Below the pieces are notes generated by a model, which ran no database searches, had not been told where the DNA came from, and was given only the letters and a program-made list of their open reading frames with translations. A DNA stretch of 64,000 bases from Prochlorococcus sp. AG-418-C09 (GTDB taxonomy: Bacteria; Cyanobacteriota; Cyanobacteriia; PCC-6307; Cyanobiaceae): positions 221,039 to 285,038 of the forward strand of contig QCLS01000001.1 in assembly GCA_003214355.1 (NCBI GenBank). The letters run 5' to 3'. How positions within the stretch are numbered: position 1 is the first letter of the stretch; each line of letters begins with the position of its first letter. Of this stretch, positions 62,325 to 64,000 are shown in pieces. Position numbers and translations under genes: made by a program.

Positions 62325-63368
62325 CTATAAACCTGCAATGATTTGGCTCTGATTTAAATCATTCTTCGAAATAACATGTCCTATTTCCCAAGCAGACATA
62401 TCTTCATTACTGCAGATTTTTATAATATTACTTACATTTTCTTTGTCGCATATCAGACAAAAACCTACTCCTAAATTAAATGTATTCCAATAGTCTTTAT
62501 CTGGAATTTTTCCAATATCCTTTAAGAATTTAAACATAAAAGGTATCTCCCAAGATTTCTTATCAATATAGGGTATTAAGCCAGAAGGAATAGCTCTAGG
62601 TAGATTCTCAGGTAAGCCTCCACCAGTTATGTGAGCCATGCCTTTTATTTCAATATTGGCTAAACAAATCTTTCTTACTAATTCAGCATAAATCCGAGTA
62701 GGTTTCATCAACTCATCATAAAAGTTTAAATTTGTAATTGATTTAAATCTTTGCTCTATATCTTCATTTTTCTCTATAATTTTTCTTACTAAACTAAATC
62801 CATTGCTATGCATACCATTACTTTTTAGGGCAATAATAGAATTATCTTCACATATATTTTGACCATTTATTAATTTCGATTCCTCAACAATTCCAACACA
62901 AAAGCCAGCCAAATCATACTTATTTATTGCATAAAAACCTGGCATTTCTGCTGTTTCACCACCTAAAAGTGAACAATTATTATCTTTACATGCTGTTGAA
63001 ATCCCGTTTACAACTTCCATTAATTGATTCTCTTCCAACTTACCTGTTGCTATATAGTCAAGAAAAAAAAGAGGTACTGCACCAGTAGTAACTATGTCAT
63101 TTATGCACATAGCTACTAGATCTATTCCTACCTCGAAATGAAATCGCTTTTCTTGTGCTATTTCTAATTTGGTACCTACTCCATCAGTACCTGAGACTAA
63201 TATTGGATTTGAATACTCTCCAACAGGTAATTTAAACAAACCACCAAATCCCCCTAGACCTCCAATAACATTCTTACTATGAGTAGCCTCCACAGTTTTC
63301 TTAATCTGTGAAACGAATTTCCTACCAGCTTCAATATCTACTCCTGATGTTTTGTAATCCATAATCAA
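62325..63368 (-). CDS. purM: Phosphoribosylformylglycinamidine cyclo-ligase (AIR synthetase)
   Basis: YKTSGVDI, GTDGVGTK, LGGETAEMPG, HSNGFSL, HITGGG, TFNLG. Confidence 0.98.
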   Translation of the reverse strand: MIMDYKTSGVDIEAGRKFVSQIKKTVEATHSKNVIGGLGGFGGLFKLPVGEYSNPILVSGTDGVGTKLEIAQEKRFHFEVGIDLVAMCINDIVTTGAVPLFFLDYIATGKLEENQLMEVVNGISTACKDNNCSLLGGETAEMPGFYAINKYDLAGFCVGIVEESKLINGQNICEDNSIIALKSNGMHSNGFSLVRKIIEKNEDIEQRFKSITNLNFYDELMKPTRIYAELVRKICLANIEIKGMAHITGGGLPENLPRAIPSGLIPYIDKKSWEIPFMFKFLKDIGKIPDKDYWNTFNLGVGFCLICDKENVSNIIKICSNEDMSAWEIGHVISKNDLNQSQIIAGL

Positions 63369-63460
63369 AAAATGATAAACTTCCTCTATATAGATCTTCC
63401 TCTTAAGATTGATTTTGTCCAGTAATTTTAAGTTAAATAGATTTTTTTGTAAAACTCAAA

Positions 63461-64000
63461 GTGCCTAAAATCATATTAGAAACAATTGAAGAGCTTTCAA
63501 AATGGAGAAATCATCATAATGATGATATAAATTTTGTTCCCACTATGGGGGATCTTCATAGTGGGCATGAGAAATTAATTCAATCAGCTAAGAATTCTTA
63601 TTTTGGAAGCACTTTAGTAAGTATTTTTGTGAATCCATTACAATTCAATAATAAAGAAGATCTAAAAAGTTATCCCCCAAAAAGTATAAAAGACCATGAG
63701 ATAGCATTTCAATCTGGGGCAGACGTAATTTTCATCCCAAGAGAAGAAGAACTTCTTGATAAAAACTGCCAAGACTTAAACTTCATAAGAGCATCAAAAG
63801 AATTGAATTCAACATTATGTGGTTTAAATAGAATTGGACATTTTGATGGAGTTTGTACAGTAGTTTATAGATTACTAAAGCTTGTCCAGCCTCAATTATT
63901 GTTTTTGGGAGAGAAGGATTGGCAGCAATTATTAATTATAAAAAATATGCTCAAAGAAATGAAATTGAATATAAAAATAAAATCAATTCCCACTCAAAGA
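63461..64000 (+). CDS. panC: Pantoate-beta-alanine ligase (usually the PanC-Cmk fusion in cyanobacteria), 3'-truncated; not in the ORF track
   Basis: Manual translation from GTG 63461: FVPTMGDLHSGH, SIFVNPLQF, GHFDGVCTVV, GEKDWQQ; open to the window end. Confidence 0.95.
   Translation, partial: MPKIILETIEELSKWRNHHNDDINFVPTMGDLHSGHEKLIQSAKNSYFGSTLVSIFVNPLQFNNKEDLKSYPPKSIKDHEIAFQSGADVIFIPREEELLDKNCQDLNFIRASKELNSTLCGLNRIGHFDGVCTVVYRLLKLVQPQLLFLGEKDWQQLLIIKNMLKEMKLNIKIKSIPTQR

Overview
A low-GC (about 30-33% by eye) Prochlorococcus core-genome segment. PsaB closely resembles the high-light-clade type; the exact clade is not determinable here. Order: 5'-truncated psaA, psaB, psaI, psaL; cell-envelope and housekeeping genes; tRNA-Ser; alr; an HNH gene; prfA; the complete cyanobacterial ribosomal superoperon on the minus strand (rplC to rpmE, with secY, adk, rpoA, truA); ndhN, ldpA, tRNA-Gln, recA (with a LexA box), tyrA, crtD-like, curT-like, moeB, cobO, larE-like, speD, recF, tRNA-Arg, ppc, gshA, trpE, psaD, hik2-like kinase, rodA, mrp, hemF, ccb1, rnd; tRNA-Cys; an ArnT-like GT; purM; and a 3'-truncated panC(-cmk). 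About 95% is ordinary core genome. The one clearly accessory stretch is about 1.9 kb after tRNA-Cys. It holds a 1,228-bp integrase-less cassette bounded by a 23-bp duplication of the tRNA 3' end (T-arm). Identical GGTAGGAAAGT tandem arrays sit inside both ends, positioned like integrase arm sites. The single cargo gene encodes a membrane protein built from 174-bp repeats plus a zinc ribbon. After it comes the left end of a second, older element with a variant repeat array and a probable pseudogene. Secondary observations: a serine recombinase with degenerate catalytic residues next to an inverted repeat, a recF frame with no canonical start codon, a 16-bp promoter motif shared by two ribosomal-protein transcription units, a structured rplC leader, and a histidine kinase with an eroded ATP-binding domain. 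No searches or computations were run; family assignments come from recognised motifs and gene order.
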